Of a stretch of DNA of 64,000 bases, positions 9,451 through 19,102 are shown piece after piece. Source of the DNA: a virus. Numbering within the stretch: position 1 is the first letter of the stretch; each line of letters starts with the position of its first letter. Location of the stretch: positions 7,904-71,903 of IMG/VR virus record IMGVR_UViG_3300050821_007659; one strand, 5' to 3'. The notes under the pieces are model-generated. The model searched no databases. It had not been told where the DNA came from and saw only the letters and a list, made by a program, of their open reading frames with translations. A program made the translations under genes and the position numbers.

Positions 9451-9827
9451 TTGGCCTCCCGGATAACCAAGCCCAAGGGCTCGAACGTGGCGCGGATCTG
9501 CGTGGCTTCGCTGGCCGACAGCATAAAGCTTGCATGAGGGCCAAGGCACAGAAACAAACAGTTGGCTTGGCTGACATCCAGATAGCAATCAGCCAATCGT
9601 TCACCCGTGAGGACGAGCAGAGAGTGAGTTTTTGCATGCACTCTCGCGTACAGCCAGCCGCCCGCGCTCAGTTCCAGGTGTAATTTGCGCGGAAGCTTGG
9701 GTGAGGACATCAACCAGAGATCGGTTTTCGACGCAGCAGGGGCTTGGTCGCAAATCGCGCCACCGGTCCTGACGGTATCTTGTGGTTTGTTCACGGCCAA
9801 GCCCAGACTTGTTGGTTCGGTGCTCAT
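9447..9827 (-). CDS. Hypothetical protein
   Basis: Coupled ORF; start uncertain. Confidence 0.45.
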   Translation of the reverse strand: MSTEPTSLGLAVNKPQDTVRTGGAICDQAPAASKTDLWLMSSPKLPRKLHLELSAGGWLYARVHAKTHSLLVLTGERLADCYLDVSQANCLFLCLGPHASFMLSASEATQIRATFEPLGLVIREAK

Positions 9828-10024
9828 TGATGCTGACACCCGGCCAGTTTCGAGATCACGCCGCAGACCACGACGAAGACCACTACGCCCAGCATCGGCA
9901 GCCACGGATCGGGTTGGCGTTTCATCAACAGGCTCCTAGGCGGCGGGTGAATAGATCCAGATCCACGCGAGCAGTAACACGGCGACGGCGATGATGAGGG
10001 CCCAGCGCAGGGTGTTGTTCATGG

Positions 10025-10249
10025 TCACTCGTTGAGCGAGTCAGCCGTGAAGAACCGATCGCCCTTACCGTTGGGCCGCACCGTCATGTGATCGAAGCCC
10101 ATCTCCTCACCGAGCGCCTTCCATGCGTCGTTTGCATTCTCCTGTGGCGAGCGCGGCTCCCTACCGCCAAACACCATGTAGGGCACTGGCTTGCAGGCCT
10201 CCAGGATCTTGTCGAGTTGGGTCTGCGTCATTTCGTATTCTTTGCGCAT
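10025..10249 (-). CDS. Hypothetical phage protein
   Basis: GGAG RBS; compact ORF. Confidence 0.65.
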   Translation of the reverse strand: MRKEYEMTQTQLDKILEACKPVPYMVFGGREPRSPQENANDAWKALGEEMGFDHMTVRPNGKGDRFFTADSLNE

Positions 10250-10250
10250 G

Positions 10251-10439
10251 TCAGTTGTTCTCCGCTATTGGTCCGCAGTCGCAATCCGCTTGTGTACGCG
10301 CGCCGCAGCCGTTGCACCACAGAGTGGGATCGATGTCACCCATGGTGTGATCACCATCGCGCGTATCCTCGCAGTCGCACCAGGTCTGCATGCCGCAGTT
10401 GGCATGGTCGCCGCGTTGGCAGGCTTCGCACATGCTCAT
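10251..10439 (-). CDS. Small Cys-rich protein
   Basis: CEAC, CDC, CNGC and CDC in about 62 aa. Confidence 0.55.
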   Translation of the reverse strand: MSMCEACQRGDHANCGMQTWCDCEDTRDGDHTMGDIDPTLWCNGCGARTQADCDCGPIAENN

Positions 10440-10748
10440 CGCGGATCTCCCGCTTGAGGCCTTGTCAGAAATCCCGGCAGGCACGGCGATGCCATCGGCT
10501 CAATCGGCTTCACGGGCGCGGTGAGCGCGAACATGAAGGCGCTGTCGGCGGCGGCTAGTTTGGCGCGGGTGCCGGGAGTTATCACAGCGCGAAACCTCCC
10601 AGCCACCAGCCGATCACAGCAGCGATCGCGACGATGGCCGCAATGACCCACCAGCGCAGGCGGTAGCGAACCGGAGCATCGCGGGCGCCGCACGAGACAC
10701 AGCGCCCCTGCCATGAGCCCATGCCACAGTTGCAGGTGGGGCGGCGGT

Positions 10749-11204
10749 TCACGGCGTCCACACTCCACGCACCGCCGCCGACATGGAGGCGAGGTAGCGC
10801 TCATCGGATTCATCGGCGCGCTTCTTCTCCTCGTCGCGCGCAATCTCCTCCTGCACCGTCTGCAGCAGCGCCACCCTGGCATGCGCCATCAATGCCGCGA
10901 TCAGCGACGCACCGACCAGCATGGCTTGCTCAAGGGTCGTGTACTCGGCGCGCGCCAGGATGTTGACGAGCGCGGTATTGAGCGCGCGGTGGGTCGCGGC
11001 ATCGGCTAGCAGGGTCTCATCGGACTCGAGGACGGCGGCGAGCTCCGGACCGGTCAACGAGGCGATCTGGGCGGGGTCGGAGTAGCCGGCGTTGGGCTGC
11101 TGGGCGACCAGGCGATCGAGCAAGCGGCGGTGCGTTTGCTGCAGGCCGGTGCTGATCGCGGCCTCGGCGATGGGTTGGCGCAGGTCGGTGCTGGCGGCGC
11201 TCAT
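10749..11204 (-). CDS. Hypothetical protein
   Basis: Helical ORF near the start of the PL operon. Confidence 0.55.
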   Translation of the reverse strand: MSAASTDLRQPIAEAAISTGLQQTHRRLLDRLVAQQPNAGYSDPAQIASLTGPELAAVLESDETLLADAATHRALNTALVNILARAEYTTLEQAMLVGASLIAALMAHARVALLQTVQEEIARDEEKKRADESDERYLASMSAAVRGVWTP

Positions 11205-11521
11205 AAATCCACCGCATTGGTGAAGCCAACCGCCTGGATAATGCGGGTGCAAACGTCCCGGTATAGACCCTCAGCCTTGCTAGCTTTGGCGGATAACATT
11301 CGGGCCGCCCCCTGCATGCCTACGGCCGCCGCGTTGCATGCCGCACGTCGATTAGCTTGAGCTGCCGCGCGGGCCTTGTCCGCCGTTTCACGGAGCTGTA
11401 TCAATCGGTGCGCGGATACCACGGCCGGTACAGACATGCGGCAGACGGGTGGCTGGCCCCGCTCGAGGCGGCCTTGGCACTGGGCGTTGCCGCAGGTGCA
11501 GGGTTGAGGGGTGGTGGACAT
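11201..11521 (-). CDS. First gene of the PL operon, hypothetical
   Basis: GGAGG RBS just downstream of the predicted PL. Confidence 0.5.
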   Translation of the reverse strand: MSTTPQPCTCGNAQCQGRLERGQPPVCRMSVPAVVSAHRLIQLRETADKARAAAQANRRAACNAAAVGMQGAARMLSAKASKAEGLYRDVCTRIIQAVGFTNAVDL

Positions 11522-11545
11522 GATGCCTCCGGGTCGATGGGAGGC

Positions 11546-11587
11546 AATATACAACCCAGGTTGTGCGCTGTCAACAACCCCGGTTGT
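11546..11587 (-). promoter_or_regulatory. PL promoter with operators OL1/OL2
   Basis: Minus-strand TTGACA (11574-11569), 17-nt spacer, TATATT (11551-11546); palindromes ACAACCCAGGTTGT (11551-11564) and ACAACCCCGGTTGT (11574-11587). Confidence 0.85.
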
Positions 11588-11605
11588 GCGCTGGCCCGCA
11601 AATAT

Positions 11606-12304
11606 TTATGGCTGGGGGGCGGCTTCCTGCTCCTGGGTCGCTGGCGCTGGCGATACATGCTGCAATGTACAATCTGAGCCGAGCGGATCGTCCATGACTC
11701 CGCGCCGCATCTGCAGGCACTGCGCTACGATTCGCTGCCCCTTTTGCAGACGTGCGATGCTCGGTCGATCCGGATTGGCCAGTGTTAGTCCTACACTTTC
11801 GAATGAGTTGTCATCAGATACCACGAGATGCAGCACAATATCGTGGAGTACTTCATCGATGGATTTTATGGTGCCCGTGACTTCGATAACAGAGTCGCCA
11901 ATCTTATCGTTCATCGCAACTTCGTTCGCAGCGTAGCCTTTGTATAGAGCGGCGGCGCTCGTCCTGAAGATATTCCGAACGGGCTCTGCAGGCGCGGGCG
12001 CAGGGGCATCCGCCATGGGCTGCGGCAAGTTGTTTTCGTCTGGCGCCGTTGTTGCAGGCGCCTCGGGCGATGGGGTTTCGACCGCTGGGTGTGGGTCGTC
12101 ATGGCCGCTGTTATGGCCAATTACCAAGACAACTACGAATATCGCCGCCAACAGGGCGATGACTCTTTTAACAGGCAACGATAGTCGGGGGGTCGTTTCT
12201 TGATCGGCGGCGGTGGCTTTCAGCTCCGAGCCACAATGCTTGCACTTGATTGCCGCCGCCAGGATCTCTTCGGCGCAGAAGGGACATCGCTTAGTTGACT
12301 GCAT
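11606..12304 (-). CDS. Zn-ribbon + transmembrane + OB-fold-like membrane protein, probably co-transcribed with cI
   Basis: CPFCAEEILAAAIKCKHCG, a TM helix, a Pro-rich linker and YAANEVA...IEVTGTIKSI (tRNA_anti-like OB fold). Confidence 0.75.
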   Translation of the reverse strand: MQSTKRCPFCAEEILAAAIKCKHCGSELKATAADQETTPRLSLPVKRVIALLAAIFVVVLVIGHNSGHDDPHPAVETPSPEAPATTAPDENNLPQPMADAPAPAPAEPVRNIFRTSAAALYKGYAANEVAMNDKIGDSVIEVTGTIKSIDEVLHDIVLHLVVSDDNSFESVGLTLANPDRPSIARLQKGQRIVAQCLQMRRGVMDDPLGSDCTLQHVSPAPATQEQEAAPQP

Positions 12305-12315
12305 TTGAGTAATTG

Positions 12316-12708
12316 TTATGTTGAGTTCAACAATCGATTGAGATAGCTCTGTGGTCCAATGCCGTACTGAAGCCACGCTGGCTCGACACCGAATACCATA
12401 GCGAAAGCGATCGAGGCATGTGACTCAGAGACTTTGTTTTTGAGAATCAGGCTGAGTGCCTGCTGGGTCATGATCGGTTTATCGCCCGCCTGAAGATTTC
12501 GACCCGTCACGCGGCTTGCCTCGGCAATCAGTTCCTCTTGAGTGTATTTGGCCGGATCGACTCCCAGCTGCCGAGCGCGAACGATCATGCAAGCCCGTAC
12601 GCGTTCCCCTAGCGTCTTGCCGTCAGGGCCGAGATCGGCCTGACGTACCCTGATCTTGCCCGGGGCCTTTGCGGGCGCGGCGGCGGTATTGGAGCGTCTT
12701 GGAGACAT
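12316..12708 (-). CDS. cI: CI-like HTH repressor without a peptidase domain
   Basis: TLGERVR...TQEEL...TQQALSLIL...FGVEPAWLQYG XRE pattern; divergent from cro. Confidence 0.8.
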   Translation of the reverse strand: MSPRRSNTAAAPAKAPGKIRVRQADLGPDGKTLGERVRACMIVRARQLGVDPAKYTQEELIAEASRVTGRNLQAGDKPIMTQQALSLILKNKVSESHASIAFAMVFGVEPAWLQYGIGPQSYLNRLLNST

Positions 12709-12787
12709 GGGCAGGACAGTACAACCGCCGTTGTGACCGGTCACACGACCGGGGTTGTTGACGCGCACAACCGGGGTTGTGTATCGT
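12709..12787. promoter_or_regulatory. OR region: three operators with PRM and PR
   Basis: ACAACCGCCGTTGT 12721-34, ACGACCGGGGTTGT 12745-58, ACAACCGGGGTTGT 12767-80. PR: TTGACG (12758-63), 18-nt spacer, TATCGT. PRM on the minus strand: GTGACC, 17-nt spacer, TACTGT. Confidence 0.85.
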
Positions 12788-12795
12788 GGGTGATC

Positions 12796-13059
12796 ATGGA
12801 TAAACCTCACGTTGCTGCCCTGAAGCGCGCCATTGTGATTGCCGGTAGCCAAGCCGCCCTGGCCAAGGGGCTCGCGGAGTTCCTCCAGCGTCCCACCTTG
12901 GGGCAGCAGACTGTCTCCAAATGGGTGCGTCAGGAAATCCTGATCGAAGCGGAGTACTGGCCTGCTTTCGAGCATGTCACTGGGGGTGTGATCACTGGCG
13001 CTGATTTGCGCCCCGATGTTTTCCGGCGAGCCGTTGTTCTTCGTGACCATGTTGCCTAA
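12796..13059 (+). CDS. cro: Cro/YdaS-like repressor
   Basis: AGSQAALAK...QQTVSKW...TGGVITGADLRPDVF. Confidence 0.88.
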   Translation: MDKPHVAALKRAIVIAGSQAALAKGLAEFLQRPTLGQQTVSKWVRQEILIEAEYWPAFEHVTGGVITGADLRPDVFRRAVVLRDHVA

Positions 13060-13087
13060 CCCCGTTTTTTTTGCCAAGTGAAGCTAC

Positions 13088-13531
13088 GTGCAACCACGAA
13101 CAACAAAGTTGCGCGTCGATGCTCCTGAGGAGCAGCTGTCACTGATACCGGCCCGAAAGCCCAGCCGCCCCGTCAATCTGGAACACATCGCCGTCCTCAA
13201 GAGCACGAAGCATGCCCTGGAGTACGCCTGCCAGCTCGCCGAACTCGCGCCCAAAGAGATCTACCTCGACATGGACTGCGAGAAAAGCGTCTGGTCGCGC
13301 ATCTGTGGCGGTGACCTCGATCTCGACGGCCGTGACATCCCGCGCTTCAACCGTGTGGTCGGCAACAGCGCCTATTTGCTGTATCTGATGCACACCGATG
13401 GCTGGGATTTGACCAACCTGCGCAAGGTCCAGGATGACAAGGACCGCGAGATTGCGGAATTACGCAAGCACATCGCCGACCAGGAGCGCGCGATCCGGCT
13501 GATGGTCGACTACCAGAAAGGGCGGGGCTGA
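13088..13531 (+). CDS. CII-like regulator
   Basis: Position after cro; HTH-like segment and C-terminal coiled coil. Confidence 0.6.
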   Translation: MQPRTTKLRVDAPEEQLSLIPARKPSRPVNLEHIAVLKSTKHALEYACQLAELAPKEIYLDMDCEKSVWSRICGGDLDLDGRDIPRFNRVVGNSAYLLYLMHTDGWDLTNLRKVQDDKDREIAELRKHIADQERAIRLMVDYQKGRG

Positions 13532-13930
13532 GGTGGTGGACGTGTGCGAACCGGTCCATTGCAATGCTGCTCCCTCCGCTTCAATGCGGATGTTGAATGT
13601 GAACCAACATGAGCCGCGCTCAATGACGCCGTCTCGGAAGCGCTCCCTGCTGTGTTGGTTTAGTACTTATCACAGGTTAAGGTCGAATCACTTTGTACGC
13701 TGCCGCACGCAAAGCCGCAACGCGAATTTAGCGATTCGTGCGAATTATTCTGCTGCGAGCCGTCTGAATATCTCAGCTCGCAATCCTAAGAAAGCTCAAG
13801 CCTACAGTCGTGGGCGTGGGCGTTCCCGCAACTCAACGGCGCTGCGCTGCGCAAACATTCGGTCGATGTGCGCAGCAGCAATGCGTAGGAGTTCTACGCG
13901 CGTGGACGAAGTTGAATGGAGGCTTGGCCC

Positions 13931-14119
13931 ATGAAGTACCGCGTCCGCGAAAACCTCACCGCCAAGCCTGAGGAGCGCTACATCGTGCAGTCCACTCACT
14001 ACGGCCACACGTGGGCCGACGAGGCGTACTTCCCCGATCAACTGAGCGCCGAGATTGACATGGAAAGACGGGTCTCGCCGCGTGTCGTGGCAGAGGCGCG
14101 AGACCCGTCATGCCGCTAA
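13931..14119 (+). CDS. Hypothetical protein
   Basis: GGAGG RBS and MKYRVRE start. Confidence 0.55.
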   Translation: MKYRVRENLTAKPEERYIVQSTHYGHTWADEAYFPDQLSAEIDMERRVSPRVVAEARDPSCR

Positions 14120-14301
14120 CCCTTGTCCTTCATCCGACAGAGGATGGAGCGCATGGCCGACAGGTCATCGGCAATGTGCTCCAGGGCCAGGGCGACGCGC
14201 GCCTCGGCAGAGTTGGCGCGTTCGTCTTTGCGCAGCTCGGCGTATTGCTTGGGATCGAAGTAAAAGCCGTGCGTGTCCGGCGTATCAGTGGAATTTTCCA
14301 T
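14116..14301 (-). CDS. Small gene oriented against the early-right operon
   Basis: GAGGA RBS; MENSTDTPDTHGFYF; long hairpin just upstream. Confidence 0.5.
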   Translation of the reverse strand: MENSTDTPDTHGFYFDPKQYAELRKDERANSAEARVALALEHIADDLSAMRSILCRMKDKG

Positions 14302-15090
14302 CGTCGTTTTCCTCGTGGTGTTTGGCGGGCGACCGAAAGGCTGGTTACCGAAGGTCGCCCGCTGAGCACCCAGCTTACCGGAGGTCCGCTCAGCGCGTAG
14401 GCGCTCGGTTACAACGAAGAATTGAAGCGACCGCATGTGTGTGGAGCGGTCATCGAGGGGTCCCATCATGGCCAGCCTGAACGCTCGGTCACCGTTCGCT
14501 GCATTCGATGCCCACGCTGCTGAGCTTGTGGCGGCGCACACCTGTGTCAATGCGCAGGATGTGGAGCGCAGGTTGCGTGAGGCTCGGCGGCTCGCTGCCG
14601 TGTTGCTTGCGGAGGCGGTGCTCGCGCGGGCGAGACGGAGGCTGCGGGCGTGAGAGCAATCATTGCGCCCATGCGCCCTGTGCCGCCCGGCGCCTCCGAC
14701 GAGGTTCGACGGCGCATGCACCGACAAGCGGTTGCCGAGTTGGTCCGGCTCAATCCGCAGAGCTTTTTACCGCCCGGCGTGCGGGCGCGATGGTGGCATC
14801 GACTGTTGGGGCTGAATGAATATCCCAGGGTGCTGTTGCCATGAGCGCCCCACGCATCCCGAAGCAGCCGCGCGCGATGTTGACCCCAGGCCAAGTGGCG
14901 TGGTGCCTCCTGGGTGCGCTGGTCGCATCCGGGCTCGTGATGATCGTCGTGATGGTGGTCGCGGCGCTGTTTAGATTGTTGAGCTGGATGGTTTGGGTGC
15001 CGCCGGCATGATCCTAGCCCAACGCATCCTCGATTGCCTGCGCGACAACGGCCCGATCGCGTCCAGCGAGCTGCCCAAGGAGGCGTGAGA

Positions 15091-15585
15091 GTGAGCGAGC
15101 ATGTGCAATTGCCAATCCGCGGCGGCTTTACTCTGATAGACGCGGCTGATTTACCACTTATTGAAAAGCGCTCTTGGCGACTTCACAAGTGTAAGGACGG
15201 GCATCTATACGCGCGCGCTACTGAGAGCGTCGATGGCGCATCTCGGACGTTACTGATGCATCGCGTGTTGATGGAATTGGAGACAGGTGACCCGTTAGAA
15301 GTGGATCATCGGGACGGTAATGGACTCAACAATACTCGCATGAACCTGCGGATCGCGACGCGTGCTCAGAATGCGAAAAATCGCAAACCGCAAGCTAATC
15401 GACATGGCTTCAAGGGCGTGATGTGGGATGGATGGGCTTATCGAGGTCGTATTTACGTGGACGGCCGGCGCATTGCGGGGCCGGCAGTTACCACCGCGGT
15501 TGATGCGGCAGCGTGGTATGACCAGATGTCGATGCGGCATTACGGAGAATTTGCAGCACCGAACGGCATAAGGCGACCCGGCTAA
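15091..15585 (+). CDS. HNH-AP2 homing endonuclease
   Basis: LMHRVL...VDHRDGNGLNNTRMNLRIAT HNH motif and AP2-like FKGV...AAAWYD...YGEFA. Confidence 0.9.
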   Translation: MSEHVQLPIRGGFTLIDAADLPLIEKRSWRLHKCKDGHLYARATESVDGASRTLLMHRVLMELETGDPLEVDHRDGNGLNNTRMNLRIATRAQNAKNRKPQANRHGFKGVMWDGWAYRGRIYVDGRRIAGPAVTTAVDAAAWYDQMSMRHYGEFAAPNGIRRPG

Positions 15586-16487
15586 TGGCGAGAATCCGGA
15601 CCGTGAAGCCAGAGCTCGCCAAGCACGAACTGCTATTCGCACTTGAGCAAGAATTGAAGGCGCCGGTGCGATTTGCCTGGGTGATGCTATTCGGTCACGC
15701 CGATCGGGAGGGTCGTTTTAAGTGGCGCCCCAATGCACTGAAGACCGACATCCTGCCCTATGACGAGATCGACTTTTCACGCGTGCTCGACGCGTGGGTC
15801 ACGCGTGGCTTACTCGTCAGGTACCGCGTCAGGAACGAGTGGTACGGGTGCATTCCGACCTTTCGCAAGCATCAAGCCATCAATCCGCGTGAGTCAGCGT
15901 CAGAACTGCCCAGCCCCGATAAGGCTGATGAGGTTATCGACTTTACGGATCAGGAACCTACGCACGCGTCAGTCACGCGTCAGTCACGCGTCGATGACGC
16001 GTCAGTCACGCGTCAGGTGCATGCACGTGGGGAAGGGAAGGAGATCTGGGAAGGGAAGGAGATCTGGGAAGGGAAGGAGTGTGCAAGCGTGGATATCCGA
16101 GATCGCAACGGCAGTCATGGGGAAGGGAAGGACGGCAATGGATGCGATTGGGTGGTGGAGTTCGAGCGGGTCAAGGCAGCATACCCGGAGCGAGCCGGGC
16201 GCACCGACTGGGGTAGGGCGCAGCATTTCTGCCATGTGCTGATCGAAAAACACAACGAGACGTGGGAGTCCCTCGAAGCGGCGGCTCAGCGGTACGCGCA
16301 GTACACGCGAGCGACAGAGGCCGAGAGGACGCAGCACGTGCTCATGCCGGGCAACTTCTTCAACCCCACGGATCTTGATAAGCCCTGGTCGCAATTATGG
16401 AACCTGCCTGCGACTAAGGGTCAACTCAAACAGGACGCCAACATCGACGCAGCCCGCACATGGCTCGCAGAGAGTGGTGACACATGA
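15585..16487 (+). CDS. Replication initiator (O-like)
   Basis: MARIRTVKPE...ADREGRF N-terminus typical of phage initiators; internal repeat arrays. Confidence 0.8.
   Translation: MARIRTVKPELAKHELLFALEQELKAPVRFAWVMLFGHADREGRFKWRPNALKTDILPYDEIDFSRVLDAWVTRGLLVRYRVRNEWYGCIPTFRKHQAINPRESASELPSPDKADEVIDFTDQEPTHASVTRQSRVDDASVTRQVHARGEGKEIWEGKEIWEGKECASVDIRDRNGSHGEGKDGNGCDWVVEFERVKAAYPERAGRTDWGRAQHFCHVLIEKHNETWESLEAAAQRYAQYTRATEAERTQHVLMPGNFFNPTDLDKPWSQLWNLPATKGQLKQDANIDAARTWLAESGDT
15779..16079. repeat. Probable origin iterons: ACGCGT arrays at 11-bp period and an 18-bp tandem repeat
   Basis: ACGCGT at 15779/15790/15801 and 15964/15975/15986/15997/16008; GGGAAGGGAAGGAGATCT about 2.8 times at 16030-16079. 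Confidence 0.7.
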
Positions 16488-16987
16488 CGCCTACCGACAA
16501 ATCGAAGTTCATCAAGCAACTCGTAGGCCTCGCCGCGATCAAGCCCGGCAAGGATCTGACACCGGAAGCCTACGAGATCTGGTGGCAGGCCATGCAGAGC
16601 TGGTCGATGGAGGATTTCACAGCCGCCGCCGCACAGCTGGCGCGCAGTGTCGAGTTCATGCCGTCCCCGTATCACTTCGAGCAACTGCGGAAGGCCGGTA
16701 GACCGACAGCCGGGGAGGCCTGGGCCTCGGTGTTGCGTTACGTGCGCAGCGACTACAGCCCAAGTGGCTTGTCCATCGTCAACGGCGGCGACACGAAGCC
16801 GAAAAGTGAGTTGATCGATCGGGCAGTTGCCGCATTGGGAGGCTATCGAACTATTGCGCTGTCGAGCACCGAGAACACACAGTTTCTCGAGCGCCGGTTC
16901 TGCGAACACTACGCCACGATCGAGGATGCCACTGACGTTCGCAAAGCCGTCCCGCAGATCGCGCAGGACCGAAGGCTGCTGACATGA
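16484..16987 (+). CDS. Replication accessory protein (helicase loader-like)
   Basis: Follows the initiator; FMPSP...AGEAW...AVAALGG pattern. Confidence 0.6.
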   Translation: MTPTDKSKFIKQLVGLAAIKPGKDLTPEAYEIWWQAMQSWSMEDFTAAAAQLARSVEFMPSPYHFEQLRKAGRPTAGEAWASVLRYVRSDYSPSGLSIVNGGDTKPKSELIDRAVAALGGYRTIALSSTENTQFLERRFCEHYATIEDATDVRKAVPQIAQDRRLLT

Positions 16988-17298
16988 GGCGCCCCGTCAA
17001 ACCTCAGCCCTCAGACGCATTTGTGGCCTTCCGCGAACTCGACGCCGAACTCTGGCTGGCCTCGCGCCTGAAATCGCACGGCGTCGAGATCTTCGACGGC
17101 GACACGACGCGCGAGGTGAGGGCGGAGCGCGCCCGGGCGGCGATCCTTGAGCGCAAGTTGGCGGCGGTCGTGTTGGGCAATTATCACGGCAAGCTTGAGA
17201 ACTACGAACTGGCCTTCGCGAGAATCTACAACCAACCGCTCGTGGCCAAGGCGCCGCGGGCAAAGCATTCACGAACCGAAACTACGGGAGCAACCTGA
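16984..17298 (+). CDS. Hypothetical protein
   Basis: ATGA-coupled ORF. Confidence 0.6.
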   Translation: MRRPVKPQPSDAFVAFRELDAELWLASRLKSHGVEIFDGDTTREVRAERARAAILERKLAAVVLGNYHGKLENYELAFARIYNQPLVAKAPRAKHSRTETTGAT

Positions 17299-17299
17299 C

Positions 17300-18169
17300 A
17301 TGCTGGACCTCGACAACAAACACGCCCAAGTCGGCGTCATCAATAACCGAATCGAAAAGCACGGCGACAAGGACGTCACCGCGTTCGACATCCCACTCAC
17401 CGTGCTACTCGACCCAAAGGAACTCAACAACCTGCTCGATGACCCGTACAAACATCGGGCCTTGTTCGAAACCAAGGGAGATGTCGCGACGCCGATGTTT
17501 CCGGAGTTCAGCGAATTCGCGATGAAGCACGACCTTGAGGGCGCGACTGTCACGCTACACATCGGTCACAGCGGTTTCGAGATCGAGTACAAGGATTCGT
17601 GTCTCAAGGGGTTGGTGTTGGCGCCACTCCATGGCGGTGAGACGCAACTCGACTTCAAGCTTCAGTGCAATCCACAGACCAAGCACATCGTCAAGTTGCT
17701 GGATGCGCAGAATACCGAGATCAAACTCAGTGTTGCGGATGCGAAGGTTGCGGAGAAGAAAAAACGCAAGCAGCGTGAGCTTCCATTGGGCCCGGACCCA
17801 AAGGCCGACCAGGACGACGAAGGTGGCGACAGCAGCACCACGACCGTGTTGACCGGCGAGCACCTGATCGCAGCCGCTGAGCGAGACACAACGCACGTCT
17901 GGTGGCAACAGGGCGAGAATGGCGAGACGGGCAACGGCCCGCGCTGTGAAAAGCCGGCCGATTGCGTGGAGATCGATCCGCCGGCCGGGAGTAGGAGTGA
18001 GGCCGACCAGATGGCGGCGATCTCCGGTGAGGCTGCCAGCGAGGACAACGAACGGTTCGCTGAAGGTGTTGCGAACGCCCTCGGCGCTCACAAGAAGCGC
18101 GGCCGTGCCATTGACGGCCGCTCAGAGCGGGTGAAGCATCGGGATTCCAAACGCGACGGCGCGCACTGA
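17300..18169 (+). CDS. Hypothetical protein
   Basis: GGAG RBS; about 289 aa. Confidence 0.7.
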   Translation: MLDLDNKHAQVGVINNRIEKHGDKDVTAFDIPLTVLLDPKELNNLLDDPYKHRALFETKGDVATPMFPEFSEFAMKHDLEGATVTLHIGHSGFEIEYKDSCLKGLVLAPLHGGETQLDFKLQCNPQTKHIVKLLDAQNTEIKLSVADAKVAEKKKRKQRELPLGPDPKADQDDEGGDSSTTTVLTGEHLIAAAERDTTHVWWQQGENGETGNGPRCEKPADCVEIDPPAGSRSEADQMAAISGEAASEDNERFAEGVANALGAHKKRGRAIDGRSERVKHRDSKRDGAH

Positions 18170-18180
18170 GGACATCCAAC

Positions 18181-18702
18181 ATGCTAATCCTTGGAGTGGA
18201 CTGCGGGATCACGGGCGGGATCGCCGCTCTCACCGAGGACGGCGTATTCATGGACGTGCACGATTTGCCGATCATGGTTCACGGCAAAGGCAAGTGGGTG
18301 GACGGTGTTGAGTTGCTCAAGATGGTTCGCGACATGCGGCAAGGTCAGCCAGCACGCGCCATGGTCGAGCGCATTCACGCGATGCCGGCCATGGGCGCGG
18401 TGGCCAACAACTCGAAAGGCATGACGTTGGGCTCAACGCTTGCCACGCTGCAGATTGCAGGTTGCGCGATTGAACTCGTCGAGCCGGGCATATGGAAGCG
18501 GGCGCTTGGGTTGCTTGCGCCCAACTCCAGCGACCGCGAGAAAAAGCACGCGAGCTTGTGCCGCGCCCGTCAGTTGTTTCCGATGGCGCCACTGACGCGG
18601 ATTGCGGATAGCGGGAGAGCTGAGGCGTTGTTGATAGCCCACTACACGCAGCGCTTTCGGCAGGGCGAAGTGCAGCCACGGCAACAGGAGTTGGTGGCAT
18701 GA
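18181..18702 (+). CDS. RuvC-like Holliday junction resolvase
   Basis: ILGVDCGITGGIA, MVE, PGIWKRALG and GRAEALLIA motifs. Confidence 0.85.
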   Translation: MLILGVDCGITGGIAALTEDGVFMDVHDLPIMVHGKGKWVDGVELLKMVRDMRQGQPARAMVERIHAMPAMGAVANNSKGMTLGSTLATLQIAGCAIELVEPGIWKRALGLLAPNSSDREKKHASLCRARQLFPMAPLTRIADSGRAEALLIAHYTQRFRQGEVQPRQQELVA

Positions 18703-18886
18703 ACTCGTTCGTCTGCTTCTGCCGCTGCTGCGGTAAACCGGTGGGAAGCTATCGCCAGGCGAACGCGCCAGAAGGCTGCTGCGATGCCGTATGCTTTGCT
18801 GCGGTGAGCGTACTGTCGGCATCCGCGCTCAAGATCTGGAGAAGTCTATGTTGGAAACTGGACGTGGCTCCGACGAGGACGGTCTC

Positions 18887-19102
18887 ATGACGTCGCTGAT
18901 CAAACCCGAGGACGAAGCCCACGTGCGGCTGTTGGTATTTGGAGCGGCGCTGTTGGCGATTGCGACGAGAGGTGATGTTAGAGATGGTGGAGGAACGACA
19001 AAACAAATAGCTTGCCACGTGGAAGGAGAGGCATTAGCCATTGCTGACGCGGTCGTGGCCGAGGCCAAGCGGTTGGACGAACAAAGGAAACAAACAACTT
19101 GA
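18887..19102 (+). CDS. Hypothetical protein
   Basis: GAGG RBS; coupled ORF. Confidence 0.5.
   Translation: MTSLIKPEDEAHVRLLVFGAALLAIATRGDVRDGGGTTKQIACHVEGEALAIADAVVAEAKRLDEQRKQTT

Noticed and set aside
13533-13930. Lower-GC stretch after the cII-like gene as a possible ncRNA or gene
   Set aside because: The ORF lacks convincing features and I found no strong structure; left unannotated.
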